From an uncultured Eggerthellaceae bacterium (GTDB lineage: Bacteria > Actinomycetota > Coriobacteriia > Coriobacteriales > Eggerthellaceae): DNA of 64,000 nucleotides. The stretch's first letter is position 1; the number at the start of each line of letters is the position of its first letter. The stretch covers positions 13,492-77,491 of the forward strand of contig CAZYOQ010000003.1 of the NCBI GenBank assembly GCA_964649145.1, written 5' to 3'. The notes under the pieces are model-generated. The model was not told the origin of the DNA and did no database searches. It worked only from the letters and a program-made list of their open reading frames with translations. Positions 37,979 to 48,362 of the stretch are shown one piece after another. Position numbers and translations under genes: made by a program.

Positions 37979-39436
37979 GTGGAACAGCTACTCTTAGACA
38001 TAGTTGTTACGATTAACAGCTATCTGTCGAACTACATCCTAATTATTCTTCTTGTCGCCATGGGACTGTGGTTCTCTATCCGTACCAAGTTCATCCAAAT
38101 CAGAGGCTTTGGTGAAGGTTGGAGGCGCCTTTTTGGCGACTTTTCGTTCCGTGGCGGAAAACAAGGCGGAGGGATGACCTCGTTTCAAGCCTTGGCTACT
38201 GCTATCGCTGCGCAGGTTGGTACGGGAAACATTGTTGGCGCATGCGGCGCGATCATCATTGGCGGCCCTGGAGCAATTTTTTGGATGTGGGTTATCGCGC
38301 TTTTGGGTATGGCCACAAATTATGCCGAGGCGGTAATGGCTCAAAAGACGCGCGTGGTAGATAAAGATGGCACCGTTCATGGTGGTCCTGTCTATTACAT
38401 CACTACCGCTTTCAAGGGCGCCGGCGGAAAGTTCTTGGCCGGATTTTTCGCAGTTGCCATTATCTTGGCGCTCGGTTTCATGGGTTGCATGGTGCAATCT
38501 AACTCCATTGCTGAAACTATGAACAACGCCTTCAGCATTCCAACATGGGTCATCGGCATTATCGTGGTAATTCTTGCGGGAATTGTCTTTATTGGTGGGG
38601 TTTCTCGCCTGGCCTCGGTTACAGAAAAGATTGTTCCTGTCATGGCCATTCTTTACATAGTCGGGTCTCTTGTCGTGCTCATTATGAATGCTGCAAATAT
38701 TCCGGCTACTTTTGCTCTTATATTTGAGTGCGCCTTCAACCCGCAGGCCACTGTCGGTGGTGCGACATTCGGAATCATCGCTGCTCTTTCGCAAGGCGCT
38801 AAACGAGGCTTGTTCTCCAATGAGGCAGGCATGGGATCCACTCCTCACGCTCATGCGCTTGCAGAAGTAAAATCACCTCACGAACAGGGTGTTGTCGCTA
38901 TGATTGGTGTGTTTATTGATACCATCATTATCGTTACCATGACAGCGCTTGTTGTGATTTCTGTCATGTATGTAGGCGATGGCACGCTTGCGACAGGAGA
39001 CTATGCAGCCCTAACTGCAAGCGAAATCACGAAAACCAACATTGCTCAGTTGGCTTTCGGGAAATTCTTCGGAGCCGGCCCTGGTGCTTGGTTTGTGGCT
39101 ATATGCCTCATGTTCTTCGCCTTTTCTACCATTCTTTCATGGAACCTCTTCGCTAAGATCAATGTCGAATATCTGTTTGGCAAAAAGGCTATTCTGCCAT
39201 TTAGCATCATCGCTTTGGTTTTCATTTTCATGGGCTCTTTGCTTTCAAACGATCTCGTGTGGGAGCTTGCCGATATGTTTAACCAGCTAATGGTTATTCC
39301 TAATGCGATTGCGCTGTTTGCCTTATCGGGCAGCATTATCTCTATTGCGAATGCAAAGCATGACTCTAAGGCTCTTGATGTTCGAGGTGAACGTGCCGAA
39401 GAAAAGGTACGTGCCCAAGAAAACAGGAATGCTTGA
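37979..39436 (+). CDS. alanine/glycine:cation symporter (AGCS family)
   Basis: The signature TSFQALATAIAAQVGTGNIVGA is present and the protein is polytopic. A GTG at 37979 lies 7 nt after a GAAGGAGGA SD. The ORF track starts upstream at TTG 37751, which would run through the riboswitch. Confidence 0.85.
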   Translation: MEQLLLDIVVTINSYLSNYILIILLVAMGLWFSIRTKFIQIRGFGEGWRRLFGDFSFRGGKQGGGMTSFQALATAIAAQVGTGNIVGACGAIIIGGPGAIFWMWVIALLGMATNYAEAVMAQKTRVVDKDGTVHGGPVYYITTAFKGAGGKFLAGFFAVAIILALGFMGCMVQSNSIAETMNNAFSIPTWVIGIIVVILAGIVFIGGVSRLASVTEKIVPVMAILYIVGSLVVLIMNAANIPATFALIFECAFNPQATVGGATFGIIAALSQGAKRGLFSNEAGMGSTPHAHALAEVKSPHEQGVVAMIGVFIDTIIIVTMTALVVISVMYVGDGTLATGDYAALTASEITKTNIAQLAFGKFFGAGPGAWFVAICLMFFAFSTILSWNLFAKINVEYLFGKKAILPFSIIALVFIFMGSLLSNDLVWELADMFNQLMVIPNAIALFALSGSIISIANAKHDSKALDVRGERAEEKVRAQENRNA

Positions 39437-39457
39437 TTGTAAAAGTCTTAGCAAAGC

Positions 39458-39497
39458 GCTAGTAACGCGAGCAGGGTGCTAGTAACGCAAGCAAGGA
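39458..39497. repeat. 20-nt tandem repeat (2 copies plus a degenerate third)
   Basis: GCTAGTAACGCGAGCAGGGT then GCTAGTAACGCAAGCAAGGA (17 of 20 identical), followed by the related GTGAGTAAAGGCG. Confidence 0.65.
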
Positions 39498-39562
39498 GTG
39501 AGTAAAGGCGCTAATAGCAGCGCGAAAAAAGTGAAACGTGGGTCTAGCTTAGTTTCATGAGA

Positions 39563-39592
39563 GAAGAGGCGTCCAAATCTGGACGCCTCTTT
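39563..39592 (+). terminator. intrinsic terminator of the symporter gene
   Basis: AGAGGCGTCCA-AATC-TGGACGCCTCT forms an 11-bp GC-rich stem, followed by TTCATAATCTT. Confidence 0.65.
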
Positions 39593-39667
39593 CATAATCT
39601 TCCCAGCGTAACTTGGTAAAAATTTATATGCAATGATCTTTTGAGGCACAAAAGACGAGTAATTGGA

Positions 39668-42600
39668 ATGTATACTGTTATTACAATGAGTGAGCTTTCG
39701 AAATTCATAACAGATTTTGATCTTTATCTGTTCGATAGAGGCGATGCTCAGCGCGCATATAATGTTTTCGGATGCCACCCTCTTCCCGAGTCCGAAGGGA
39801 AAGACTCATTTATATTTCTCGTGTGGGCTCCGCATGCAAAAGCCGTTAGCATCGTTGGCGATTTTAACGATTGGGACGACACAGCAAACCCAATGGAAAA
39901 TTTCCACAAAGGTGTTTGGGCGCAAAGAGTCGACGGCCTTCATAATGGCAGCTTGTATAAATATTGCATCACAGGTTCAGACGGTACCAAGAACATCAAG
40001 GCTGACCCTTTCGCATTCCATTCGGAAAATGGGCTCTCAACTGCTTCTAAGGTATGGGATCTATCTGCTTATAAGTGGCAAGATGACAAATACATGGACT
40101 CTCGCAAACAGCGTGACCTTCATAGCGAGCCGGTGTCGATATACGAGTTCCATTTAGGTTCTTGGAAGCTTCCCGATGGCCAAGATTCTCTTCCGAATTA
40201 CAGGACTGTTGCCAAGCAGATGGTTGAATACTGCAAGGAGATGGGTTACACGCATATCGAGCCCATGCCTTTGACGGAATACCCATTTCCTGCATCTTGG
40301 GGATATCAGACAACAGGCTATTACTCCATCACATCGAGATACGGAACCCCTGAGGACTTCATGTACTTTGTTGATGTGATGCACCAAAACAACATCGGCG
40401 TGCTTATGGACTGGGTCCCATCTCATTTTCCAAAAGACGCTTTTGCACTTGCAAAGTTTGATGGCGAGGAGCTTTTCGAATATGCAGACCCCAGAAAGGG
40501 CGAACACTATGGTTGGGGTACGCTGGTCTTTGACTACGGAAGGCCTCAAGTAGTTAGCTTTCTTGTTTCTGCGGCAATGTTTCTTTTCGACAAATATCAT
40601 ATAGATGGGCTTCGTGTTGATGCGGTTAGCTCGATGCTCTATCTTGATTACGACCGTGACGATTGGGTCGCTAACAAGGATGGCGGCAACATAAATCTGG
40701 AGGCTGTCGCCTTCCTTCAGAAACTAAACGAATCGGTGCTCTCACAATATCCTGGCACCGTGATGGTCGCCGAGGAATCCACCGCTTATCCGATGGTTAC
40801 CTACCCACCTTATGCGGGAGGTTTAGGTTTTTCCTTCAAGTGGAACATGGGTTTCATGCACGATACGCTTGACTATGCGAAAACTGACTCGCTTTTCCGT
40901 GCAGGCAACCACTATAAGATGACATTCTCGATGGACTACGCCTATAGTGAGGCCTTCATTCTTGAATTTTCGCATGATGAAGTCGTTTACGGCAAGGGTT
41001 CAATGGTGAACAAGATGTTCGGCGACTACGAGCAGAAATTCGCCACTCTTCGTGCATTAATGGGATACCAGTTCGCGCACCCTGGAAAGAAGCTTACCTT
41101 CATGGGCTCTGAGTTTGCCCAGTTTGATGAATGGGATTTTACGCGAGAGCTTCAGTGGAATTTACTCGAATACCCTATTCATTCAAGCATGCAGAAGTAC
41201 TCCGCCGACTTAAACGCTTTTTACCTCAAGCATTCGGCATTGTGGCAAAGCGACATGTCGCCAGAAGGTTTCACTTGGGCTAACAAGAACAACCACGACC
41301 AAGATGCTCTTGCGTTTATTCGTCACGCAACGCCTGGGGCGGAAGTGGCGGATGCGTACAGTGACGCCGACGACTCAGATATCATCTGCTGTTTCAATTT
41401 CTCACCTGAACCTATTTGCGGAATGACTGTTGGAATTCCGTATAGAGGAACGCTTACCGAGGTGTTCAATTCGAACGATAAGCGCTATGGAGGTTCGGGT
41501 GATTTCAATGATGCCCCAATTCGTGCGATTAGGGGCTCTTTTGAGGGGCATCCATATCATGCTTCGGTAGATATTGCTCCGTTGTCTGCCGTTTACTTCA
41601 AGTTTGACAAGCAAGATAGAGGAGGGTGGATGATGAATCAGCATGAAGAGAGCGTTGCTATGATTTTGGCTGGAGGGCAAGGAAGCAGGCTAGGCGTTCT
41701 CACGCGACACAGGGCAAAACCTGCAGTTCCGTTTGGCGGCAAGTACCGAATCATCGATTTCCCTCTGTCTAACTGCGCAAATTCCGGAATTGATGTTGTG
41801 GGTACGCTCACGCAATACGAGCCTTTCGTGCTTAACAGCTATATTGGCACAGGGGCTCCTTGGGACCTCGACTCTCCCACAGGTGGAGTTTATGTGCTTT
41901 CCCCGTTTACGAGAGTAGGAGATGTTGGAAGCTGGTATGCGGGTACAGCCGATGCTATCTACCAAAACATTAATTTCGTCGATCGCTATTCGCCAGAATA
42001 CATAGTTGTCTTGTCTGGTGACCATATCTACAAGATGGATTACGCCGAGATGATAGCCTTCCATAAGTTCAAGAAGGCCGATGCAACGATTGCGGTTATG
42101 CCAGTGCCTATAGAAGAGGCAAGCCGCTTTGGGATACTTGCGGCTAATGACGAAAACCGGATTACCGATTTCGTTGAAAAACCGGAGGTTCCACCAAGTA
42201 ATTTGGCATCGATGGGCGTTTATGTTTTCAGCTGGGGTAAAGTGCGCAGCTACTTAATTGCTGATGCGAAAGACTCTTCAAGCTCGCACGACTTCGGCAA
42301 AGACATAATCCCTAAGATGCTCAATGCTGCAGAAAAAATGTATGCTTACCGCTTCGAGGGCTACTGGCGAGACGTAGGCACCGTGGAAAGCCTCTGGGAA
42401 GCTAACATGGATCTACTCGAGCCTAAGCCAGCACTTGATTTATCTGATAAGGCTTGGACGATATATTCGCGGACGCCTTTCATGCCCGCGGCTTATCTGG
42501 ATGCCGAATGCAGCCTTGACAGGTGTCTTGTTCCTGAAGGATGCGATGTTGCTGGTAGCATCTCGCACAGCGTGCTTTTCCAGGGAGTGCAAGTCGATGT

Positions 42601-42883
42601 CGGTTCCTTGATTGAAGACAGCGTGGTAATGAGAAACACGCAGATTGGGCAGCAAAGTAAGGTTAAGCGCGCTGTGATCGCTGAAGATGTGATCGTGGGA
42701 GATGGATGCACTATCGGTGGTGATGGCGAGCTTTGTGTGATAGGTAGCGGCGCAAAGATTATGTCGGGGTCCACGGTAAAACCTGGCGAGACAATCGAGC
42801 CCGATGTGGTCGTAGACACCACGGTCGCCGAACTTAGCAACGCTGAAATGGCAGATGGCGAGGAAGAGGCCTCTTATGAATAA
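39668..42883 (+). CDS. glgB-glgC: continuous ORF encoding 1,4-alpha-glucan branching enzyme (GlgB, up to about 41629) fused in frame to glucose-1-phosphate adenylyltransferase (GlgC, from ATG 41630)
   Basis: The GH13 branching-enzyme part includes [13 protein letters not shown] and AEESTA motifs. It ends ...[17 protein letters not shown] and runs directly into [22 protein letters not shown]...[14 protein letters not shown]. No in-frame stop occurs, and a GGAGGG SD is retained before the internal ATG. The 5' start is uncertain among 39641, 39668 and 39686. Confidence 0.8.
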   Translation: MYTVITMSELSKFITDFDLYLFDRGDAQRAYNVFGCHPLPESEGKDSFIFLVWAPHAKAVSIVGDFNDWDDTANPMENFHKGVWAQRVDGLHNGSLYKYCITGSDGTKNIKADPFAFHSENGLSTASKVWDLSAYKWQDDKYMDSRKQRDLHSEPVSIYEFHLGSWKLPDGQDSLPNYRTVAKQMVEYCKEMGYTHIEPMPLTEYPFPASWGYQTTGYYSITSRYGTPEDFMYFVDVMHQNNIGVLMDWVPSHFPKDAFALAKFDGEELFEYADPRKGEHYGWGTLVFDYGRPQVVSFLVSAAMFLFDKYHIDGLRVDAVSSMLYLDYDRDDWVANKDGGNINLEAVAFLQKLNESVLSQYPGTVMVAEESTAYPMVTYPPYAGGLGFSFKWNMGFMHDTLDYAKTDSLFRAGNHYKMTFSMDYAYSEAFILEFSHDEVVYGKGSMVNKMFGDYEQKFATLRALMGYQFAHPGKKLTFMGSEFAQFDEWDFTRELQWNLLEYPIHSSMQKYSADLNAFYLKHSALWQSDMSPEGFTWANKNNHDQDALAFIRHATPGAEVADAYSDADDSDIICCFNFSPEPICGMTVGIPYRGTLTEVFNSNDKRYGGSGDFNDAPIRAIRGSFEGHPYHASVDIAPLSAVYFKFDKQDRGGWMMNQHEESVAMILAGGQGSRLGVLTRHRAKPAVPFGGKYRIIDFPLSNCANSGIDVVGTLTQYEPFVLNSYIGTGAPWDLDSPTGGVYVLSPFTRVGDVGSWYAGTADAIYQNINFVDRYSPEYIVVLSGDHIYKMDYAEMIAFHKFKKADATIAVMPVPIEEASRFGILAANDENRITDFVEKPEVPPSNLASMGVYVFSWGKVRSYLIADAKDSSSSHDFGKDIIPKMLNAAEKMYAYRFEGYWRDVGTVESLWEANMDLLEPKPALDLSDKAWTIYSRTPFMPAAYLDAECSLDRCLVPEGCDVAGSISHSVLFQGVQVDVGSLIEDSVVMRNTQIGQQSKVKRAVIAEDVIVGDGCTIGGDGELCVIGSGAKIMSGSTVKPGETIEPDVVVDTTVAELSNAEMADGEEEASYE

Positions 42884-44006
42884 CGCATTCGCCATTGTTT
42901 ACGCAAAACAGGGAGACCCTCAACTTCGAGAACTCGTGGAATTGAGATCGGTCGCAGCTTTGCCCTTTGCGGGAAGATATCGCATGATAGACGTGATTCT
43001 TTCGAACCTTACCAATTCAGGTGTTAGGTCTGTAGGTCTTATTACGCAGCGCAACTATAAGTCGCTGATTGATCATATAGGTTCTGGTAAGGAGTGGAAT
43101 CTTTCCAAAAAGGCTGGCGGATTGATGATTTTGCCGCCTTATGATCTTGCAGTTGGGGATGATCTGTATCGCGGTTTACCCGACGCGCTTTTCAGCAAGC
43201 GTGACTTTATTGATCACCAACGTTGGCGCTATTGCCTTCTTATTGCCACAGACAAGGTATACAGGCAAGATTTCAACGCTATGATGGAAAGGCATATTCA
43301 GTCGGGAGCAGATATCACTGTTCTGTATTCTAGAGACGACGCAGTAATGCATGACGACACGGGCTCTACGCATTATTTCCACCTTAAAGGGGATAAGGTG
43401 GTTGATCTTTCTGCAAGTCCTGAAGGGTCTGGAGACATTGTGGCAAACCTTGGTGCTTGCATCATGGATAAAGACCTTCTCATGCGCCTTGTGGAAGATA
43501 CTTGTGCTGAAGGACTTTACAATTTCGACATGGACTTGCTTGCCGGGACTTCTGGCGTATATAAGGTCGTGGGAGTGGAACACCAAGGCTATGTTCATCC
43601 TGTATCTTCTGTGAAAACTTACTTCGACCTTAACTTCGACATGCTTGACCCCGATATTCGCTACGAGCTGTTTAACCCGGAATATCCGATCTACACAAAA
43701 ACGCACGATTCTCCGCCAACGCTTTTTGAAAAGGGTTGTGTGGCAGAGAACAGCCTTTTCGGGAATGGGTGTAGTGTAAAAGGCAAAGTCACAAAAAGCA
43801 TCATTTTCAGAGGTGTTCAAATAGATGAGGGCGCCGATATCGAGAATTGCATTATTATGCAGAACTCACGTATAGGAGCCGGTGCCAAGCTTCGCAACAT
43901 GATCATCGATAAAGATGTCGTGATCGAGCCCGGTGCCAGATGCATTTCCGTTCCTTATAATCCCGCCATTGTGCGAAAAGGGGTTGTTGTTGAGGGATCG
44001 CGATAA
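42876..44006 (+). CDS. glgD: glucose-1-phosphate adenylyltransferase regulatory subunit GlgD
   Basis: It is a GlgC paralog lacking the GGxGxRL motif ([19 protein letters not shown]). The ATG overlaps the glgC stop (ATGAATAA). Confidence 0.85.
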   Translation: MNNAFAIVYAKQGDPQLRELVELRSVAALPFAGRYRMIDVILSNLTNSGVRSVGLITQRNYKSLIDHIGSGKEWNLSKKAGGLMILPPYDLAVGDDLYRGLPDALFSKRDFIDHQRWRYCLLIATDKVYRQDFNAMMERHIQSGADITVLYSRDDAVMHDDTGSTHYFHLKGDKVVDLSASPEGSGDIVANLGACIMDKDLLMRLVEDTCAEGLYNFDMDLLAGTSGVYKVVGVEHQGYVHPVSSVKTYFDLNFDMLDPDIRYELFNPEYPIYTKTHDSPPTLFEKGCVAENSLFGNGCSVKGKVTKSIIFRGVQIDEGADIENCIIMQNSRIGAGAKLRNMIIDKDVVIEPGARCISVPYNPAIVRKGVVVEGSR

Positions 44007-45838
44007 TGGCAGCGCACCGTCGAACGGCCTCTATGAAGGTCAAAAAGAGGCCTGCTGCAAAACTCGAGTCGAATTCTGGCGAAACTGATGTGCCTTTAAA
44101 CGTTGATCGCATACGAAACATCCTCTCAGAGGCACAAACTATCATTGCCGAAGAAGATGCGAAGACATCCGCAGATCTTGCAGAATCCAAGATGCCTTCA
44201 AAGGACGAAGAGGCTAAGGCAGATGAAAAAGACAGGACGGCTAATAAGGCTAAGGCTCCTGAAAAGGTAAAGTCAACCAAGAAGGCCGAAGCTGCGAAAG
44301 AAACTAAGCAGGTTGGGACAACCAAGCAGGTTGAAGCTGCGAAAGAAACTAAGCCGACCAAGGCGCCCAAGAAGACCAATAAGACAGCGCCAAGCACTTT
44401 GGACGATTTTTCTGATCTTCCGGGTGTTCTTATAGTTGCAGCCGAAAGTGCACCACTTGCGAAAACAGGAGGGCTTGCAGATGTTGTCGGTGCTTTGCCT
44501 AAGTACCTTAAAAAACTTGGTGTGGATGCCCGCATCATCATGCCTTTCCACAAGCAAATCAAGGACAAGTATGCAAGCAAGGCCACGCACCTGTTCAGTT
44601 ATTTTCTAGGTGAGCAATGGAGCGATAGGTTTGTTGGCATAGATAAGCTAGAAATAGACGGTGTTATCTATTATTTCGTCGACAGCGAATACTATTTCGG
44701 TGGGTCTATTTATGCGGGTGGCAATTTTGAAGGCGAACAATATACCTTCTTTATGCAGGCAGTTTGTGATGTTATCCCGAATCTCGATTTCAACCCCGGA
44801 ATTATTCACTGCAACGATTGGCATACATCTCTTATTCCCTTCAAGCTGAAGGCGAAGGCAAAAAGCTTAGGTCAGGCTCCTCAAAAGATGCTTCTGACTA
44901 TTCATAACCTGGCTTTCCAAGGTACATTCGGCGACGATACTAACGCTCGAATCATAGGCGATATCGAGCGCAGCTATGCCTGGGATCTTGGATGTTGGAA
45001 CATGATGAAGGCGGGCATCGACACAGCCGACCGCGTCAATACGGTAAGTCCCACATACGCTTGGCAAATAACTACGCCACAATTTGGCGAAGGTCTCCAA
45101 GACGATCTTCGTTACCTAGCAGATACAGGAAGGCTTTCAGGAATTCTTAATGGCATAGATACCGATGAGTGGAACCCAGCAGCAGATAAAGCTCTTCCCG
45201 CCAATTATTCACTTGACAATATGGCTGGTAAGTTAAAGTGCAAAAAAGCGCTCATGAGCGACCTTGGGCTTGAATTTGACAAAGACGCCCCGCTTATCGC
45301 GATGGTAAGTCGCCTAACGCCTCAAAAAGGTATTGGCATTGCTTGTGATGTTATGGATTCTCTTGTCGATCAAGGCGTTCGCTTCTGCGTGTTAGGATCC
45401 GGCGATGGCGATCTTGAAGCGCGCCTTCGTGATTTGGAGGCTCGCCATAAGGGTCGTATCTGCTCTTTTATTGGCTACAATGGCCAGCTTTCTCACCAAA
45501 TCTATGCCGCATCAGACTTCTTCTTCATGCCATCGGCTTTCGAGCCGTGCGGAATTTCGCAAATGATAGCAATGCGATATGGGTCTCTTCCAATTGTCCA
45601 CGAGACAGGAGGTCTAAAAGACACCGTTGCTCCTTACAATCAATTCTCATGCGAAGGCGTAGGTTTCTCGTTTGCTAGATTTGATTTTTGGGATGCTGTG
45701 GAGGCTTGCAAACGAGCGCTTAGTGTATGGCCGAATAAGGATATAATGTCTCGACTCATTGAAAACGCTATGCAAATTGATTTTGGTTTCGATCGGTGCG
45801 CGCATTCATACGCCGAACTTTACCGGTCGATGATGTGA
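44006..45838 (+). CDS. glgA: glycogen synthase with ~135-aa Lys/Glu/Ala-rich N-terminal extension
   Basis: The core begins VLIVAAESAPLAKTGGLADVVGALPK. The ATG is coupled to the glgD stop (TAATG) and follows a GAGGGA SD. No plausible internal start lies near the core. Confidence 0.88.
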   Translation: MAAHRRTASMKVKKRPAAKLESNSGETDVPLNVDRIRNILSEAQTIIAEEDAKTSADLAESKMPSKDEEAKADEKDRTANKAKAPEKVKSTKKAEAAKETKQVGTTKQVEAAKETKPTKAPKKTNKTAPSTLDDFSDLPGVLIVAAESAPLAKTGGLADVVGALPKYLKKLGVDARIIMPFHKQIKDKYASKATHLFSYFLGEQWSDRFVGIDKLEIDGVIYYFVDSEYYFGGSIYAGGNFEGEQYTFFMQAVCDVIPNLDFNPGIIHCNDWHTSLIPFKLKAKAKSLGQAPQKMLLTIHNLAFQGTFGDDTNARIIGDIERSYAWDLGCWNMMKAGIDTADRVNTVSPTYAWQITTPQFGEGLQDDLRYLADTGRLSGILNGIDTDEWNPAADKALPANYSLDNMAGKLKCKKALMSDLGLEFDKDAPLIAMVSRLTPQKGIGIACDVMDSLVDQGVRFCVLGSGDGDLEARLRDLEARHKGRICSFIGYNGQLSHQIYAASDFFFMPSAFEPCGISQMIAMRYGSLPIVHETGGLKDTVAPYNQFSCEGVGFSFARFDFWDAVEACKRALSVWPNKDIMSRLIENAMQIDFGFDRCAHSYAELYRSMM

Positions 45839-45845
45839 GGCGAAT

Positions 45846-48356
45846 ATGACAACTGATGATGAGCTTAGAATGAGCGGCCTGACTCTTGAAGAGGAGGCCG
45901 CTAAAGTTAAAGAGCACATAATCGAAAGAGTACGCACGCAATTCGCGCTTCCTATTGATGAGGCTTCCAAACAGCAAATATATGAAGCAGTGGGGCTGTG
46001 CGTCCGCGACGATTTGATGGACTCTTGGATAACAGGCAGAACGCTCACACAGCGCTCTGGTGCGAAATGCTTAATCTACCTTTCTGCTGAATATTTAATC
46101 GGACGTTTGCTTACGAACAATTTGATCAACCTTGGCGAATATGACTCGTATTCTCTTGCGCTTCAAGAATTGGGCTACAGCCTAGACGAGATTGAGGAAT
46201 GCGAGGCCGACCCGGCCCTTGGAAACGGAGGCTTGGGGCGGCTTGCGGCATGCTTCCTCGACAGTCTTGCAACTCTTGGTCTTCCTGCTATGGGTTACGG
46301 TATTCGCTATGAACATGGCTTTTTCCGCCAAGAAATTCAGGATGGAAAACAGGTCGAAATTCCTGACACTTGGGTGCTTAATGGGGACGTCTGGGAGACC
46401 GAGCGAGCAGATCGCATGTTTGAGGTTCGCTTTGGAGGTACGGTAGACGAACGCTGGAACTCGGACGGAAACCTTTCTGTTGAGTATCGCGACTATCAAT
46501 CGGTCATAGCCAAGCCTTATGACATGCCTATACTTGGCTACCATTCCCCTTATACAGGCACGCTTAGGCTTTGGGCGGCTGTAGCTCCCAAACAGCTTGA
46601 CCTTGCAAGCTTCAATCGTGGCGACTATGCAAGCGCTGCTGCAGAACGCGACCTAGCTGAATCTATCTCAAAGGTTCTCTACCCTGAAGACAGCCATTCC
46701 AACGGCAAGGAACTTCGTCTTCGTCAATACTATTTCTTGGTATCGGCGACAATGCAGCAGGTAATAGATTCCCATAAACGCAGAAACGGCGACTTGCACA
46801 CGCTTCCAGACACTATCGCCATTCAAATTAACGACACGCATCCAGCACTTGCAATTCCCGAACTCGTTCGTATCCTCATCGACAATGAGGGCTTTTCTTG
46901 GGAAGAGGCAGTGGAAGTGGCCGAGAGCTGCTTTAATTACACCAACCACACTATAATGCCCGAGGCCTTGGAGAAATGGCCTGCAGGGCTTATGCAGCGC
47001 CTTCTTCCAAGAATTTATCGCATTATCGAGACGATGGACGCGCGCCTTCGCGACCGTATTTGGCAGACCTTCCCAGGCGATTCAGAACGTATCGCGCACA
47101 TGTCCATCATTAGCGACGGTCAGGTTCACATGGCAAACCTCTGCGCGCTTATGAGTGGAAATGTGAACGGTGTCTCACAACTTCACGGACAGCTGTTAAA
47201 AACAAGTGTCTTCCGCGACTTCTATACGGCATTTCCAGATAGGTTCTTAGGAATTACCAATGGAATCACTCAGCGCCGTTGGCTAGCAGTTGCAAATCCA
47301 AGTCTTAACGCGCTTATCAACCGCACTATAGGCCATGGGTTTTTGTCGGATTGGCATAAGCTTCTCGAGCTTGCTCCATATTCTGAAGATGAGGTTTTCC
47401 GTGAGGAATTTGCCCAGGTAAAGGCTGCTAATAAGCGTTCTTTTGCCGAATGGCTTATGAGAACACAAGGTATTCAAATCGACCCCGAGTCTTTCATGGA
47501 CGTGCAGGCCAAACGATTGCACGAATACAAGCGACAGTTGTTGAAAGTTCTACATATCTTAAGCATCTATGACGGTATAGTCGACGGATCTATACAGAAT
47601 ATGCGAAAAACTACGTTTGCCTTTGCAGCAAAGGCGGCACCTGGATATTATCGCGCCAAAGAGATAATTCACCTTATCAATTCGGTCTCTAAGATGATTG
47701 CCGAAGACGACCGCACCCGCGATATCATCTCTGTTGTTTTCGTTGCAAACTATGATGTGAGCACAGCTCAGCATCTAATTCCTGCAACCGACCTTTCAGA
47801 ACAGATATCCACAGCTGGCATGGAGGCATCAGGAACAGGCAACATGAAGTTCATGCTTAATGGCGCGCTCACAATTGGCACTATGGATGGAGCCAACATA
47901 GAGATGTCTGAACAGGTTGGCAAAGAGAACATGTTCATCTTCGGTGCTCGTGTTGAAGATCTTGAGGCCATGCGCATTGCCAATTCTTATCACCCTCGCG
48001 AGGTCATGGAAAACAACCCGAAGCTTAAGCGTGCGCTTGCCCATCTGATTGACGGAAGCCTTCCAACAAGCGATGGGTCTAAGTTCGAGGACATTTATTA
48101 CTCGTTGGTTGAAAACGATGGAAACTGTGGCGACAATTATTTCGTTCTTTACGACTTCGATGCCTATGACAAGGCGTTCTGGGAGGCAATCGAGCTGTAT
48201 TCCAACAAGCAGGAATGGTATCGCAAGGCTGTGCTTAATACCGCAAGTTCTGGGTATTTTAGTTCCGATCGCACCATCAACGAGTACAACGACAAGATAT
48301 GGCATTTGAGCCCATTTAACCTTGGCGACAGCGAAAGTACTCAGCGGGAAGGCTAG
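45846..48356 (+). CDS. glgP: glycogen/maltodextrin phosphorylase
   Basis: GT35 motifs: LGNGGLGRLAACFLDS, and EASGTGNMKFMLNG with the PLP lysine. Confidence 0.92.
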   Translation: MTTDDELRMSGLTLEEEAAKVKEHIIERVRTQFALPIDEASKQQIYEAVGLCVRDDLMDSWITGRTLTQRSGAKCLIYLSAEYLIGRLLTNNLINLGEYDSYSLALQELGYSLDEIEECEADPALGNGGLGRLAACFLDSLATLGLPAMGYGIRYEHGFFRQEIQDGKQVEIPDTWVLNGDVWETERADRMFEVRFGGTVDERWNSDGNLSVEYRDYQSVIAKPYDMPILGYHSPYTGTLRLWAAVAPKQLDLASFNRGDYASAAAERDLAESISKVLYPEDSHSNGKELRLRQYYFLVSATMQQVIDSHKRRNGDLHTLPDTIAIQINDTHPALAIPELVRILIDNEGFSWEEAVEVAESCFNYTNHTIMPEALEKWPAGLMQRLLPRIYRIIETMDARLRDRIWQTFPGDSERIAHMSIISDGQVHMANLCALMSGNVNGVSQLHGQLLKTSVFRDFYTAFPDRFLGITNGITQRRWLAVANPSLNALINRTIGHGFLSDWHKLLELAPYSEDEVFREEFAQVKAANKRSFAEWLMRTQGIQIDPESFMDVQAKRLHEYKRQLLKVLHILSIYDGIVDGSIQNMRKTTFAFAAKAAPGYYRAKEIIHLINSVSKMIAEDDRTRDIISVVFVANYDVSTAQHLIPATDLSEQISTAGMEASGTGNMKFMLNGALTIGTMDGANIEMSEQVGKENMFIFGARVEDLEAMRIANSYHPREVMENNPKLKRALAHLIDGSLPTSDGSKFEDIYYSLVENDGNCGDNYFVLYDFDAYDKAFWEAIELYSNKQEWYRKAVLNTASSGYFSSDRTINEYNDKIWHLSPFNLGDSESTQREG

Positions 48357-48362
48357 ATAAAC

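Noticed and set aside
38039-38854. 271-aa minus-strand ORF.
   Set aside because: It is antisense to the strongly supported AGCS symporter CDS. Its Arg/Ser/Asn-rich composition is typical of an antisense frame, and it has no motifs.
39479-39778. 99-aa minus-strand ORF upstream of glgB.
   Set aside because: It spans the tandem repeat, the intrinsic terminator and the glgB start. It has no SD and is not credible.
43903-44586. 227-aa minus-strand ORF (and 44273..44590 -).
   Set aside because: It is antisense to the repetitive Lys/Glu/Ala-coding 5' part of glgA. It is an open-frame artefact of the low-complexity sequence.
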